Origin: Heterodontus francisci
Lineage: Eukaryota
Direction: 5' to 3'
Length of the DNA stretch: 64,000 bases
Assembly (NCBI RefSeq): GCF_036365525.1
Contig: NC_090415.1
Coordinates: 12,152,001 to 12,216,000 of the forward strand
The translations under genes and the position numbers were made by a program. Shown here one piece after another: positions 1-11,614 of the stretch. Positions within the stretch are counted from its first letter, which is position 1. Every line of letters begins with the position of its first letter. Under the pieces are notes generated by a model. That model made no database searches and had not been told where the DNA came from. It saw nothing but the letters and a program-made list of their open reading frames with translations.

Positions 1-2967
1 GATAATGAAATCAGTGTGACTAAGGGGAAGAACAGGCAGGGAGCAGATGATGAATATAAAGGGACTGGTGGTCTGAGGTGCATTTGTTTTAATGCAAGAA
101 GTGTAATAGGTAAGGCAGATGAACTTAGGGCTTGGATTAGTACCTGGGAGTATGATGTTATTGCTATTACTGAGACTTGGTTAAGGGAAGGGCATGATTG
201 GCAACTAAATAACCCAGGATACCGATGCTTCAGGCGGGATAGAGAGGGAGGTAAAAGGGGTGGAGGAGTTGCATTACTGGTCAAAGAGGATATCACAGCT
301 GTGCTGAAGGAGGGCACTATGGAGGACTCGAGCAGTGAGGCAATATGGACAGAACTCAGAAATAGGAAGGGTGCGGTAACAATGTTGGGGCTGTACTACA
401 GGCCTCCCATAAGCGAGCGTGAGATAGAGGTACAAATATGTAAACAGATTATGGAAAGATGTAGGAGCAACAGGGTGGTGGTGATAGGAGATTTTAATTT
501 TCCCAACATTGACTGGGATTCGCTTAGTGTTAGAGGTCCAGATGGAGCAGAATTTGTAAGGAGCATCCAGGAGGGTTTTCTAGAGCAGTATGTAAATAGT
601 CCAACTCGGGAAGGGGCCATACTGGACCTGGTGTTGGGGAATGAGCCCGGCCAGGTTGTTGAAGTTTCAGTAGGGGACTACTTTGGGAATAGTGATCACA
701 ATTCCGTAAGCTTTAAAATACTCATGGACAAAGACGAGAGTGATCCTAAAGGAAGAGTGCTAAATTGGGGGAAGGCCAACTATACCAAAATTCGGCAGGA
801 GCTGGGGAATGTAGATTGGGAGCAGCTGTTTGAAGGTAAATCCACATGTGATATGTAGGAGGCTTTTAAAGAGAGGTTGATTAGCGTGCAGGAGAGACAT
901 GTTCCTGTGAAAATGAGGGATAGAAATGGCAAGATTAGGGAACCATGGATGACAGGTGAAATTGTGAGACTAGCTCAGAGGAAAAAGGAAGCATACATAA
1001 GGTCTAGGCGGCTGATGAAAGACGAAGCTTTGAAAGAATATCGGGAATGTAGGACCAATCTGAAACGAGGAATTAAGAGGGCTAAAAGGGGTCATGAAAT
1101 ATCTTTAGCATACAGGGTTAAGGAAAATCCCAAAGCCTTTTATTCATATATAAGGAGAAAGAGGGTAACTAGAGAAAGGATTGGCCCACTAAAGGACAAA
1201 GGAGGAATGTTATGCTTGGACTCAGAGAAAATGGGTGAGATTCTAAACGAGTACTTTGCATCGGTATTCACCGAGGAGAGGGACATGACGGATGTTGAGG
1301 TTAGGAACAGATGTTTGATTACTCGAGGTCAAGTCGGCATAAGGAGGGAGGAAGTGTTGGGTATTCTAAAGGGCATTAAGGTGGACAAGTCCCCAGGTCC
1401 GGATGGGATCTATCCCAGGTTACTGAGGGAAGCGAGAGAGGAAATAGCTGGGGCCTTAACAGATATCTTTGCAGCATCCTTAAACACGGGTGAGGTCCCG
1501 GAGGACTGGAGAATTGCTAATGTTGTCCCCTTATTTAAGAAGGGTAGCAGGGATAATCCAGGTAATTATAGACCGGTGAGCCTGACGTCAGTGGTAGGGA
1601 AGCTGCTGGAGAAGATACTGAGGGATAGGATCTATTCCCATTTGGAAGAAAATGGGCTTATCAGTGATAGGCAACATGGTTTTGTGCAGGGGAGGTCATG
1701 TCTTACCAACTTAATAGAATTCTTTGAGGAAGTGACAAAGTTGATTGATGAGGGAAGGGCTGTCGATGTCATATACATGGACTTCAGTAAGGCGTTTGAT
1801 AAGGTTCCCCATGGCAGGCTGATGGAGAAAGTGAAGACGCATGGGGTCCAAGGTGTACTAGCTAGATGGATAAAGAACTGGCTGGGCAACAGGAGACAGA
1901 GAGTAGCAGTAGAAGGGAGTTTCTCAAAATGGAGACGTGTGACCAGTGGTGTTCCACAGGGATCCGTGCTGGGACCACTGTTGTTTGTGATATACATTAA
2001 TGATTTGGAGGAAGGTATAGGTGGACTGATTAGCAAGTTTGCAGACGACACTATGATTGGTGGAGTAGCAGATAGTGAAGGGGACTGTCAGAGAATACAG
2101 CAGAATATAGATAGATTGGAGAGTTGGGCAGAGAAATGGCAGATGGAGTTCAATCAGGGCAAATGCGAGGTGATGCATTTTGGAAGATCCAATTCAAGAG
2201 TGAACTATACAGTAAATGGAAAAGTCCTGGGGAAAATTGATGTCCAGAGAGATTTGGGTGTTCAGGTCCACTGTTCCCTGAAGGTGGCAACGCAGGTAAA
2301 TAGAGTGGTCAAGAAGGCATACGGCATGCTTTCCTTCATCGGACGGGGTATTGAGTAAAAGAGTTGGCAGGTCATGTTACAGTTGTATAGGACTTTGGTT
2401 CGGCCACATTTGGAATACTGCGTACAGTTCTGGTCGCCACATTATCAAAAGGATGTGGATGCTTTGGAGAGGGTGCAGAGGAGGTTCACCAGGATGTTGC
2501 CTGTTATGGAGGGCGCTAGCTGTGAAGAGAGGTTGAGTAGATTAGGATTATTTTCATTAGAAAGACGGAGGTTGAGGGGGGACCTGATTGAGGTGTACAA
2601 AATCATGAGAGGTATAGACAGGGTGGATAGCAAGAGGCTTTTTCCCCCAGAGTGGGGGATTCAATTACTAGAGGACACGAGTTCAAAGTGAAAGGGGAAA
2701 AGTTCAGGGGGGATATGCGTGGAAAGTTCTTTACGCAGAGGGTGGTGGGTGCCTGGAACGCGTTGCCAGCGGAGGTGGTAGATGCGGGCACGATGGCGTC
2801 TTTTAAGATGTATCTAGACAGATACATGAATGGGCAGGATGAAAAGAGATACAGAACCTTAGAAAATAGGCGACATGTTTAGATAGAGGATCTGGATCGG
2901 CGCAGGCTTGGAGGGCCGAAGGGCCTGTTCCTGTGCTGTAATTATCTTTGTTCTTTTGTTCTTTGTT
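1..2967 (+). mobile_element. CR1-clade (HER1-like) LINE, nearly complete ORF2 (APE endonuclease + reverse transcriptase), inactivated
   Basis: ORFs 16-858 (APE motifs ITETW, GDFN, SDH), 877-2358 (RT motifs GVPQGSVLGP, FADD), 2374-2691 and 2652-2882 form one ORF2 broken by stops at 856-858 and 2356-2358 and a frameshift near 2645; CR1 3' UTR ending in (TTTGTTC)n. Confidence 0.95.
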
Positions 2968-3225
2968 ATGCATTTACTCCCTCCACCACCAGTGCACAGT
3001 GTGTCCCATCTAAAAGATGTACTGCATCAACCTGAGGAAGTACCGTACAACAGCACCTTCCAAACCCATGACATCTGCTACTGACTGGAACATGGGCAGC
3101 AAGCTTATGAGAACATTACCACCTGCAATTTCATCTCTAGTTTGCACAACATCCTGACTTCAAAAATATAACACCATTCCTTCATCATCACTCAGCCCAA
3201 ATTCTGGAACTCCCACTTTTATGAA
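2968..3225 (+). mobile_element. Degenerate 3' fragment of an L2/CR1-clade LINE (same family as 13345-15405)
   Basis: actccctccaccacc...aaatycctggaac similar to 15010-15260. Confidence 0.6.
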
Positions 3226-3656
3226 TGACATTCGTTCTGTAGCTGTTCATCAATGGTACAGTCTGAGTGTAGAACGTATTCTGCATCTGCCACTCTGAAA
3301 GACAGGATCGGTTTGTTTATATTTTAGGAACAATGAAGGAGCTCTTACACACCTAGATCTGTCCAAATATCTGTCCCTCTTTGTATGGTATGTGTGTGAG
3401 GGATTCATTCTTTATCTCAGAATGTGGAATGTGACTATTTTGTTTTTTTCTCTGTCACTTACTGATATGTGCATGTGCACTTTTCACTCTATCTGCAGCT
3501 TCTGATGTGAGTGGATTGTTTTATGTACCTGTCATTTACTGATGAATTGAACGGTGGTTTTGGTTTGTATCACTCACTTTCTCTTACGTGAATATGAGTA
3601 TTCCTTCGTACTTGTCAATTACTGGTATTGAAGTAAGATCTTTAAACTGCACCTAA

Positions 3657-3897
3657 TACAAAGCAAAATACTGTTAATGCTGGAAATTGGAAATAAAAGC
3701 AGAAAATTCGGTAAATACACAGCAGGACTGCCAGCATCTGTGGAGACAGAAACAGAATTAGCCTTTCAGGTCAATGACCTTTCATCAGAAAGGTCTGTCC
3801 TGATCAAAGGTCATTGACCTGAAATGTGAACGGAATTTCTCTCTCCACAGGTGCTACCAGACTTGCAGAGTATTTCCAGCATTTTCCATTTTCATTT
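3657..3897. mobile_element. Inverted pair of Penelope-like (PLE) terminal fragments with degenerate hammerhead motifs
   Basis: aagcaaaatactg...tttcaggtcaatgacctttcatcagaa followed by its inverse ctgatcaaaggtcattgacctgaaa...ttccagcatttt. Confidence 0.7.
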
Positions 3898-3899
3898 AC

Positions 3900-4750
3900 A
3901 CTGTACATGGACATGTACATTTTCTGGCAAGTGAATGTGGGATCAATATTTAACCTTTCAGTTCTGATATGCAAATGAGGATTTTACCCAACATGTTGTC
4001 AGTTCCTGCAGTGCAAATATCTGATTTATTCTGTAACTTTATGATTGTGGTAATTGATTGTGGGTTTGACCCTGCATCTACCAGTCTCTGTAATGTGAAT
4101 GTGGCTATTACTCTGTATTTATCTGTGCACAATTTGTGAGTGTTTGTTTTCCTCTCTGTGTCTGTTTCTGACATGTAAATGTGGATTCTGCTATGTACCT
4201 CAGTTACTTTATGTGTATGTGCTTTATTCTGTTTCTGTCCATCTGTTGTGAGTGTAATATTTTCCCTGTACCTATCAGCATCACACTTCTTTGTATGGCC
4301 ATTATTCTGCACTTGTTGGTTTATGGTAGTGCTTGAATTATTCTTTCCCTCTCATTCCCTGATATGCTACTGTAAATTTTCCTCTTCACTTGTCAGATTC
4401 CACTCTGTGATAATGTTGTTTCACTGTCTGTCTGCGTCTGTATGCTATTGTAAGATTTACTGTGTGCCCATCAGCTTCTGGTATTTAATTATGGAGTTCA
4501 CATTGTAACATTCAATTTGATCTGTGTGAATCTGCTTCTGCCTTGAACTGACAGTTTCTATTCTGTAAGTGTACATTTACAAGTGCACTTGTTAATTTCT
4601 GCTAAATAACTGTTTGTTTTACTCTGTGCATGTCAGTTGCTGCAATGGGAAGATGGGAAAGGTTTTTAATTCTGAAAATGGCTATTACTGATAAGTGAGT
4701 GTGGGTTTTACTCTGTAACCCTCATTCTCTGGTATTTGAGTTTGTGTCTT
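3900..4750. repeat. Degenerate ~40-41 bp tandem repeat
   Basis: Recurrent ttttactctgtacctgtcagtttctgatatgtgagtgtggg-like units; also present at ~3350-3650. Confidence 0.65.
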
Positions 4751-4759
4751 TTTCTTCCG

Positions 4760-7620
4760 GTTAGCTGTTACGCTCACTTCTCTGAAGTAAACCTCCTTTG
4801 AACCGCCTCCAACACATTTACTTCCTTCCTTAAAGAAGGAGACCAAAACTGCACACAGTATTCTAGATGTGGTCTCACCAATGACCTGTATAACTGAAGT
4901 ATAACAGGCTTGTCATTTTCAATTCCTCTCATAATAACTTTTTTGACTCATGCACGAGAACACCTAGATCCCTCTGCACCCCAGAATTCTGCAGTCACGC
5001 TACACTGATGTATCTTTTGATCTCCCTGACAAAGTGAACAACTTCACATTTTCTCACATTGTACATCATCTGCCAGATTTCTGCCCTGTCACTCAACCTA
5101 TCTATATCAATCTGCAACCTCCTTCTGTCCTCTTAACAACATACTTTCCTACCTATCTTTGTTTCATCTGCAAATTTAGCTGCCATGCTATCGCTCCCCT
5201 CATTTAAATCATTGATATAAATTGTAAAAAGTGGAGATCCCAGCACTCATCACATCCTGTCAATCAGAAAAGGACCCATTTATGCATTCTCTGTTTTCTG
5301 CCAGCCAGTCAATCTTCTATCCATGCCAATATGTTACCCACTGCGCCATGAGCTCATACATTGCACAATAACCTTTTATGTGGCACCTTGTCAAATACCT
5401 TCTGGAAATCCAAGTACTTTATGTCAAAGGGTACCCCTTTATCCACACCGCATGTTAGTCCTTCAAAGAACTTCAATAAATCAGTTAAACATGATTTCCT
5501 CTTCACAAAACCATGCTGAATATTCCTGATGACCTTGTGTTTTTCAAAATGCCCAGCTATAGCCTCCTCATTGATCAATTCTACCACCTTCTTGATCACA
5601 GGGGTTAAGCTATAGGGGTCTATAGTTACCCTGATGAAGGGTCACTGACCTGAAATTATAACTCTGCATCTCTCTCCACAGATGCTGCCAGACCTGCTGA
5701 GTATTTCCCACATTTATTGTTTTTATTTCAAATTTCCAGCATCTGCAGTATTTTGCTTTAAGATTACTATAGTTACCCTTTCTCTGCCTCCCTACCTTCT
5801 CGAATAGAGGGGTTATATTTTCTACAGTCCAGTCTGAAGCAACCTTTCCAGAATCTTGCGAATTTTGAAAAATTAACACCCACAAATCTATGACTTCAGT
5901 AGCCACCATTTTAAGACACTAGGATGAACACCAACAGGACCCAGGGACTTGTCAGCCCACAGCTCCATCAGTTTACTCAGTGCTGCTTCCCTGGTGATTG
6001 TAATTTCAACAAGTTCCTCTCTTCCATCCACCTCTTGATTTACAGCTATTACGGGAATGATTTTTGTCTCCGCTATTGTTAAGACAGAAGGAATTTTTTT
6101 ATTCATTTCTTCTGCCATTTTCTTATTACCAAACTTTAACTCCCAATTTTCATTCCATAGAGGACCAAAACTCAATTTACTTAAACTTTTCCTTTTCAAA
6201 TACCTGCAGAAACCCTTGCTATCCATTATTACATTTCTAGCTAGCTTACTCCCATGCTCTAATTTCTTTTCTCCTGATTAACCTTTGGTCAGAATATATA
6301 GAATGACAGAGAATGACTCAATCATCTGACCTGCCACTCATCTTTGCACAATTATATGCCTTTTCATTCAGGTTGATGCCTTCCTTAACTTCTTTAATCA
6401 ACCATGGATTGGGGATCCTCCCCTTGGAATTATTCTTTATAGTAGGGATATACATATTTTAAGTATTCTGAAATATCCACTTAAATGTCTGCCACTGCTT
6501 CTCAATTGATCTATCTCCTGGCCCAGTAACCCAGTTCACTTCAGCTAGCTCAGCTTTCATGCCCACATAGTTGCCCTTATTTAGGTTTACAATACTAGTC
6601 TTAGACACACTCCTCTCACTTTTAAACTGGATGCAAACTTCAGTCACATTGTGATCATTGCTAACAAGAGGTGCCTTTATCTGAGGTCATTAATTAATCC
6701 TGTCAAATTGCACAATACCCAGTCGAAAATAACCTGCTCGCCGGATGGTTCTAGAACATGCTGCTCGAAGAAACGATCTCGAAAGCATTCTATGAACTCC
6801 TCATACAGGCTTCGATTACCAATCTGATTTTTTCCAGTTTATATGTTGACTAAAATCACCCATGATTATTTCCATCCCTTTATCACAAGCACCCATTAGT
6901 TATTCTTGAAGACTTTATCCTACATTGTGATTACTGTCTGGGGGCCTGTCGACGACTCACACGAGTGCCTTTTTTCCTGACTATTCCTCATCTCCACTCA
7001 AACCGATTCTACATCCTGATCTCCTGAACCAAGGTCATGTCTAACTATTGCAACAATACGATCCTTGATTAACAGTGCCACCCCTCCACCTTTACCTCGC
7101 TTCCTATTCTTCTTGAATGTTATATATCCATCAATATTGAGGACCCAATCCTTGTCATCCTGCAACCATGTCTCCATAATGGCTATGAGATCATATTTAT
7201 TTACATCAACATGTGCTATCAGTTCCTCTACTTTGTTATGAACGCTATGTGCATTCAGATAAAGAGCCTTGGGTTTTACCTTTTTGTTATCTTTGTCACA
7301 TCTAGTGTTGACTGTCGGTCTGCTCTTAGGTTTTTTTTCTCTTTGCCCCTTCCTGCCATTCACTGGCCTTCATTTCCCCTGTTACTATTGTGTTCTCCTG
7401 CCCTGACTCTAACCCTTGATTTGTTACATCTACTAAAGCTTGATCCCTCTACCCCTTTGTTTAGATCCAGTACCTCTCTACATCCCTAGTTATATGGTTT
7501 TCTCGAACACTGGTCCCAGCTCAGTTCAGGTTTCGACTGTCCGAACGGTACAGCCTCCACTTTCCCTAGTACTGGTGCCAGTGCCCAATGAACTGAACCT
7601 GACTTCTCCCACACCAGTCT
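4760..7620 (-). mobile_element. Old, internally deleted CR1 LINE (APE + RT remnants)
   Basis: Minus-strand ORF remnants LYLNAHSV..ETWLQDD (6998-7363) and QHGFVKRKSCLTDLL..KVFDKVPH (5354-5599). Confidence 0.9.
5631..5766 (+). mobile_element. Short PLE-derived insertion with hammerhead motif and 13-bp TSD
   Basis: ctgatgaagggtcactgacctgaaa...ttttgcttt; ctatagttaccct at 5620-5632 and 5767-5779; paralogous site near 31880-31892 is empty. Confidence 0.85.
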
Positions 7621-7629
7621 TGGTGGGTG

Positions 7630-9460
7630 TAAGTTTCACTGTATATCTCTCAATCCCTCGTCTACAATTTACCTCTGTCAGTTTTGGATTTTGAGTGAGG
7701 CTTTATCTGTACCTGTCAGTTTGTTTTATGTGAGAAAAGTCTTATTCAGTACCTTTCAGCTTCTTGTGTGTAAAAGTATCTGGGTTGTACTTTGTCCCCA
7801 TCAGTACATGGTATGTGAGTGTGGATTTGACACTTAATATTACATTCTTGGGTGTATGAGTGGGTGTTCACACTTTATCTTTGATTGTCTAGTATGCCAA
7901 TTTAAGGTTTGACTTGTGCCCTTAAACGTCTCATGTGTAGCTGAGGCTTTTACCCTCTCTCTGTCACTGTCTGGTATAAGAGTAAGAGTTTCATTCTGGT
8001 TTTTGAGTGTGGATTTTACACCATATCTCTCCATGCTCTCGGATGTGAATGTGATATTTAATCTGTACATGCCAGTTTCTGACATGTAGCTGTGTGGTTT
8101 ACTTTGTACATTGTCAGTCTCTGATATGTGACTGCCAATTTTATTCTGAACCTGTCTGTTTTATATTTCTGTTTGTGTGAGTTTTAACCTGTATCTGTCA
8201 GTATCTGGTATATGAAACTTCTTAATTATGTGCGTGTTGATCTGTATCTGAGAGGATCTGAAGTGCAACTGTTAGGTTTTCTTTGTACCTATCAGTGTCT
8301 CTTATGGATGAGAGACTTTCACTCCCTTAACTGTTAACTTCTTGCAATTCATTATGGATTTCACTCTGTGTCAGTCTCTGGTAGGTAAATGTGGCATTTT
8401 TACTGTATCTCCTAATTTCTGATATGTGAGCGTTGATTTTAATGTGTACCTCTTGGTTTCTCCTGTGAGTCTTTTTACAATCTGTTTCTGCCAGTTTCTC
8501 ATATGTGAGGGTGGCATTTATTCTGTACCTGTTACTTTCCGAAATGTGGGAAGAATTTACTCTTTCCCTGTCAGTTGCTGATATGTGAATGTGGGTTTAT
8601 TCTGGATCTTTCAATCTTTGGAATTTGAGTCCATGCTTTACCCTATATCTGTTTGCTTCTGTTAAGTGAATGAGGGATTAAATCTGTTCAGGTGCATTGA
8701 TTGTATATGAATGTAGTTTTCAGTCTGTACCTGTCAGTGGATGAAAAATGAAGGTGGTTTTATTTATCTTTCTGCCAGATTTTGTTATGTGACTGTTGTT
8801 TTATTCTGTACCTGTTATTTTCTGGGATATGATTGTGGTTTTTGATCTGTACCTGTCAGTTTCTATTACTTGAGTGAGTTTTACTTTGCACCAGTTGTCT
8901 TCTGTTATGTGAGTGTCAGTTCTAAGCTGCACCGGTAAAGTTAAGGTAATATAGTGTGGTTTTATTCTGTATCTTTCAAACTCTAGTGTGTGACATGTGG
9001 CCTTTCTCTGAATCTGTCGATTTCTGCTCTGTAATTGTATGTTTTAAACTGCAACATACAGTTCCTGATAGGTGTTTGAGCACATTTTCTTTTTTCTGCA
9101 GCTATCTATGTCTACTACAATGTCTATGTGTGTTATTCCTAGATTTCAATTTCTGTTATTGAAGAATTGATTTTCCTTTGTGCTTCTCAGTCTCTGCAAT
9201 GTGTCCATGTCTGTTACTGGTAACTGTCTGTCTCTGTTAGGTGACTCTGGTTTTATTCTCTATCTGACAGTCTCTTGCCTGTGAGTGGTTTCATTTTCTT
9301 CTCTGTATCTGTCAGTTTCCTTTCTGTGGCTGAATGTTTTAATCTTTACTTAAACTTTTTAATAATTTGTAAATGTGAATTTCACTTTGTGCCTGTCTGT
9401 TTACATTATATGAATGTGTTTATTTTTATTTTGTCAACATCAGTTTCAGGCATGTGAGGG
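7630..9460. repeat. Degenerate ~40-41 bp tandem array
   Basis: Unit starts at 8481, 8522, 8561, 8601, 8642, 8683; approximate consensus ttttactctgtacctgtcagtttctgatatgtgagtgtggg. Confidence 0.75.
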
Positions 9461-10124
9461 TGAGATTCACTGTCTCCAGGATGCACCCTCTTGTGAGATT
9501 GACAGAGTGCCTTTTAATCTGATAGTGGGTTCTGCTTTTGAACTTGACCTAACTTTCAGCAGTATTGATTTGGAATGGATTGGATACAATGTCTGTCTCT
9601 TCTGATTTGTTTGATTGCTGGATTGGAAATGTGTCTCTAAACTTAGGATCAGTGAAACTTTGTCTACATCTGCTTCTTGTGACAATGCCATGAACTGAAG
9701 GCCTATGGGAGTGGTACTGTACCTTGTCTGTGATGGAAGGAGCCGACTGCACTTGCCCTTGTGCCTGGGAATCATCACATTCATTCTGCTCCCTTGAACT
9801 ATTTGCCTACAGAAAAGAAAGAAAACTATGTCTTGTAAGTCACGATCAGTTGAGTTGGAAGCTAGAAAGAGATTAATGTAACATTTCAATTCATAATATT
9901 TATGACTAATCACAAAGGCGAACCAAAAATACAAAGAATATCACTGTCTGATTCCACTGCAGCTCTCAGCATCTGCTGACGAAATGTCTTGGCAGTTTCA
10001 CAGCAATTTTGGGACATCCAGAAACAAGCCAACATCTACACTGCTCCAAAGTTGGAACAACCTGATGGAGCAGGGATATTTGTGCAGGTCAGGTTTCTAT
10101 TTCCATCTGGCATTATAATGTAAT

Positions 10125-10735
10125 AACCTAAGAACTAGGAGCAGGAGTCAGCCATTCAGCCTCTCCAGCCTGATCCACCATTCAATAAAATCATGTCTCT
10201 GATTTGATCTTGGCTTCAGCTCCATTATCCTGCCTGGCTAAAAACCCATTACTCCCTTGTAGATAAAAAAAACTCATCCTGGAATATATTTAATCATCAG
10301 CATCCACTGCTCTCTTAGGTATAGAATTCCTTAGATTAATGACGCTTTGAGAGAAGAAATTCTTCCTTACCTCCGTCTAAAATGGGAGACCCCTTATTCT
10401 GAAACTGTGCGGCGTGGTTCTTGCAGCATCTACCCTCTCAAGACCCCTCAGAATCTTACATTTTTTCGATAAGATTAGCTCTGATTATTATAAACTCCAA
10501 TGAGTGTAACACAACCTGCTCAACCTTTTCCTCATAACGCAACCTCTTCATCGCAGGAAGCAACCGAACGAACCTTGCCTGAACTGCATCCAATGCACGT
10601 ATATATCCCTCATGAGCGAAGGAGACCACAACTGTATCCAGTAATCCAGGTGAGGTCTCAACAACACCCTGCAGAGTTGGAGAAAGACTTTCCTTCATTT
10701 ATATTCCATCCCCCTTGCAATAAATGCCAACAGTC
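10125..10735 (-). mobile_element. CR1 LINE 3' fragment
   Basis: ORF remnant ALDAVQARFVRLLP..LRYEEK; 3' tail taagaactaggagcaggag on the plus strand. Confidence 0.85.
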
Positions 10736-10914
10736 CGGCTCTGTTTTCACTATTCACTTTTCAATAACAACAAACAGCGTGAAATAGGAGCTAAACCAGG
10801 GGCAAGTATTACAGGATGAGGAGAGAAAACAGCCATGAATTTCAACAGCAGCTTCTTCACCTTTTGTCTCACTTACGCAGTGCACACGCAGCCCGAGAAA
10901 TGCCTCTGCCTTCC

Positions 10915-11070
10915 GCCGCTCACTCCATGTTACAGGATCACTTCCTGCTTCACTCTGTCTCTTGCAAACAAATGACGTTCAGCAGCCGAGCTGGCGGAAG
11001 GGAGCGCATGCGTTCTCAAGGTTCGCAAGAATCAGCGGTGTGGGCGGGGCTATGCCGCGCATGCGCTTCT
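10915..11070. promoter_or_regulatory. CpG-rich housekeeping-type promoter (NRF1, ETS, Sp1, CRE half-site)
   Basis: GCGCATGCG 11004-11012, GCGCATGCGC 11057-11066, GGGCGGGGC 11042-11050, CGGAAG, ACTTCCTG, TGACGT; paralog at 40440-40550. Confidence 0.65.
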
Positions 11071-11614
11071 TTAGGCAACGTTGTGAAATTCAATAAAATC
11101 AATTGGAACTTTATCCAGTTGAGTTTTTTTCACATTTTGAGCAATGAAACCGGGGCTGTGGGTAAGATAGTGATGTTTCCCTTCTGGGAGATTACCCCTT
11201 TGTGAAGTTCAACTTGAGATTATTCTCTGCAGTATGCTTGCTGTCCTTCAGCCCGGCTTCTCAAAGCAATCCTCTGAGGGAGTCGGTGTGTTTGCTGGGA
11301 TCGCGCAGGAGTTAATATCTGACAATAACAGTCCTACATTCATGTCAGCAGATTTAAACTGTCGGTCACTGAGAGTCATAGCGAACGGTTTGAGCTGAAA
11401 GATTGCAGAGAGCTCAACAGGGCAGAAACAAGTTAAATTTGGGACATTGTGTGCCTCACTTTCGGACACGTCCTCGGAATGTGAGATTAATAATGTGGCT
11501 GCCTGTTGCACCATATCAGTGAGAGATGAGTTTGTATCGTCGCTCTCCCCTGGCGGAACTTTCGAGATGAAACAAATCTTACAGTTCAGCCTACAACTCA
11601 ATAATTACAGGCTC

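Noticed and set aside
1-2967. Active CR1 element
   Set aside because: Two in-frame stops and a frameshift in ORF2
7630-9460. 41-mer array as a CRISPR array or C2H2 zinc-finger coding repeat
   Set aside because: Eukaryotic context, no constant repeat with unique spacers, period is not 84 bp, no TGEKP or CxxC..HxxxH frame
9467-9934. 155-aa ORF as a protein-coding gene
   Set aside because: Non-ATG start within apparent intronic sequence; paralogous copies have stops in this frame; no recognisable domain
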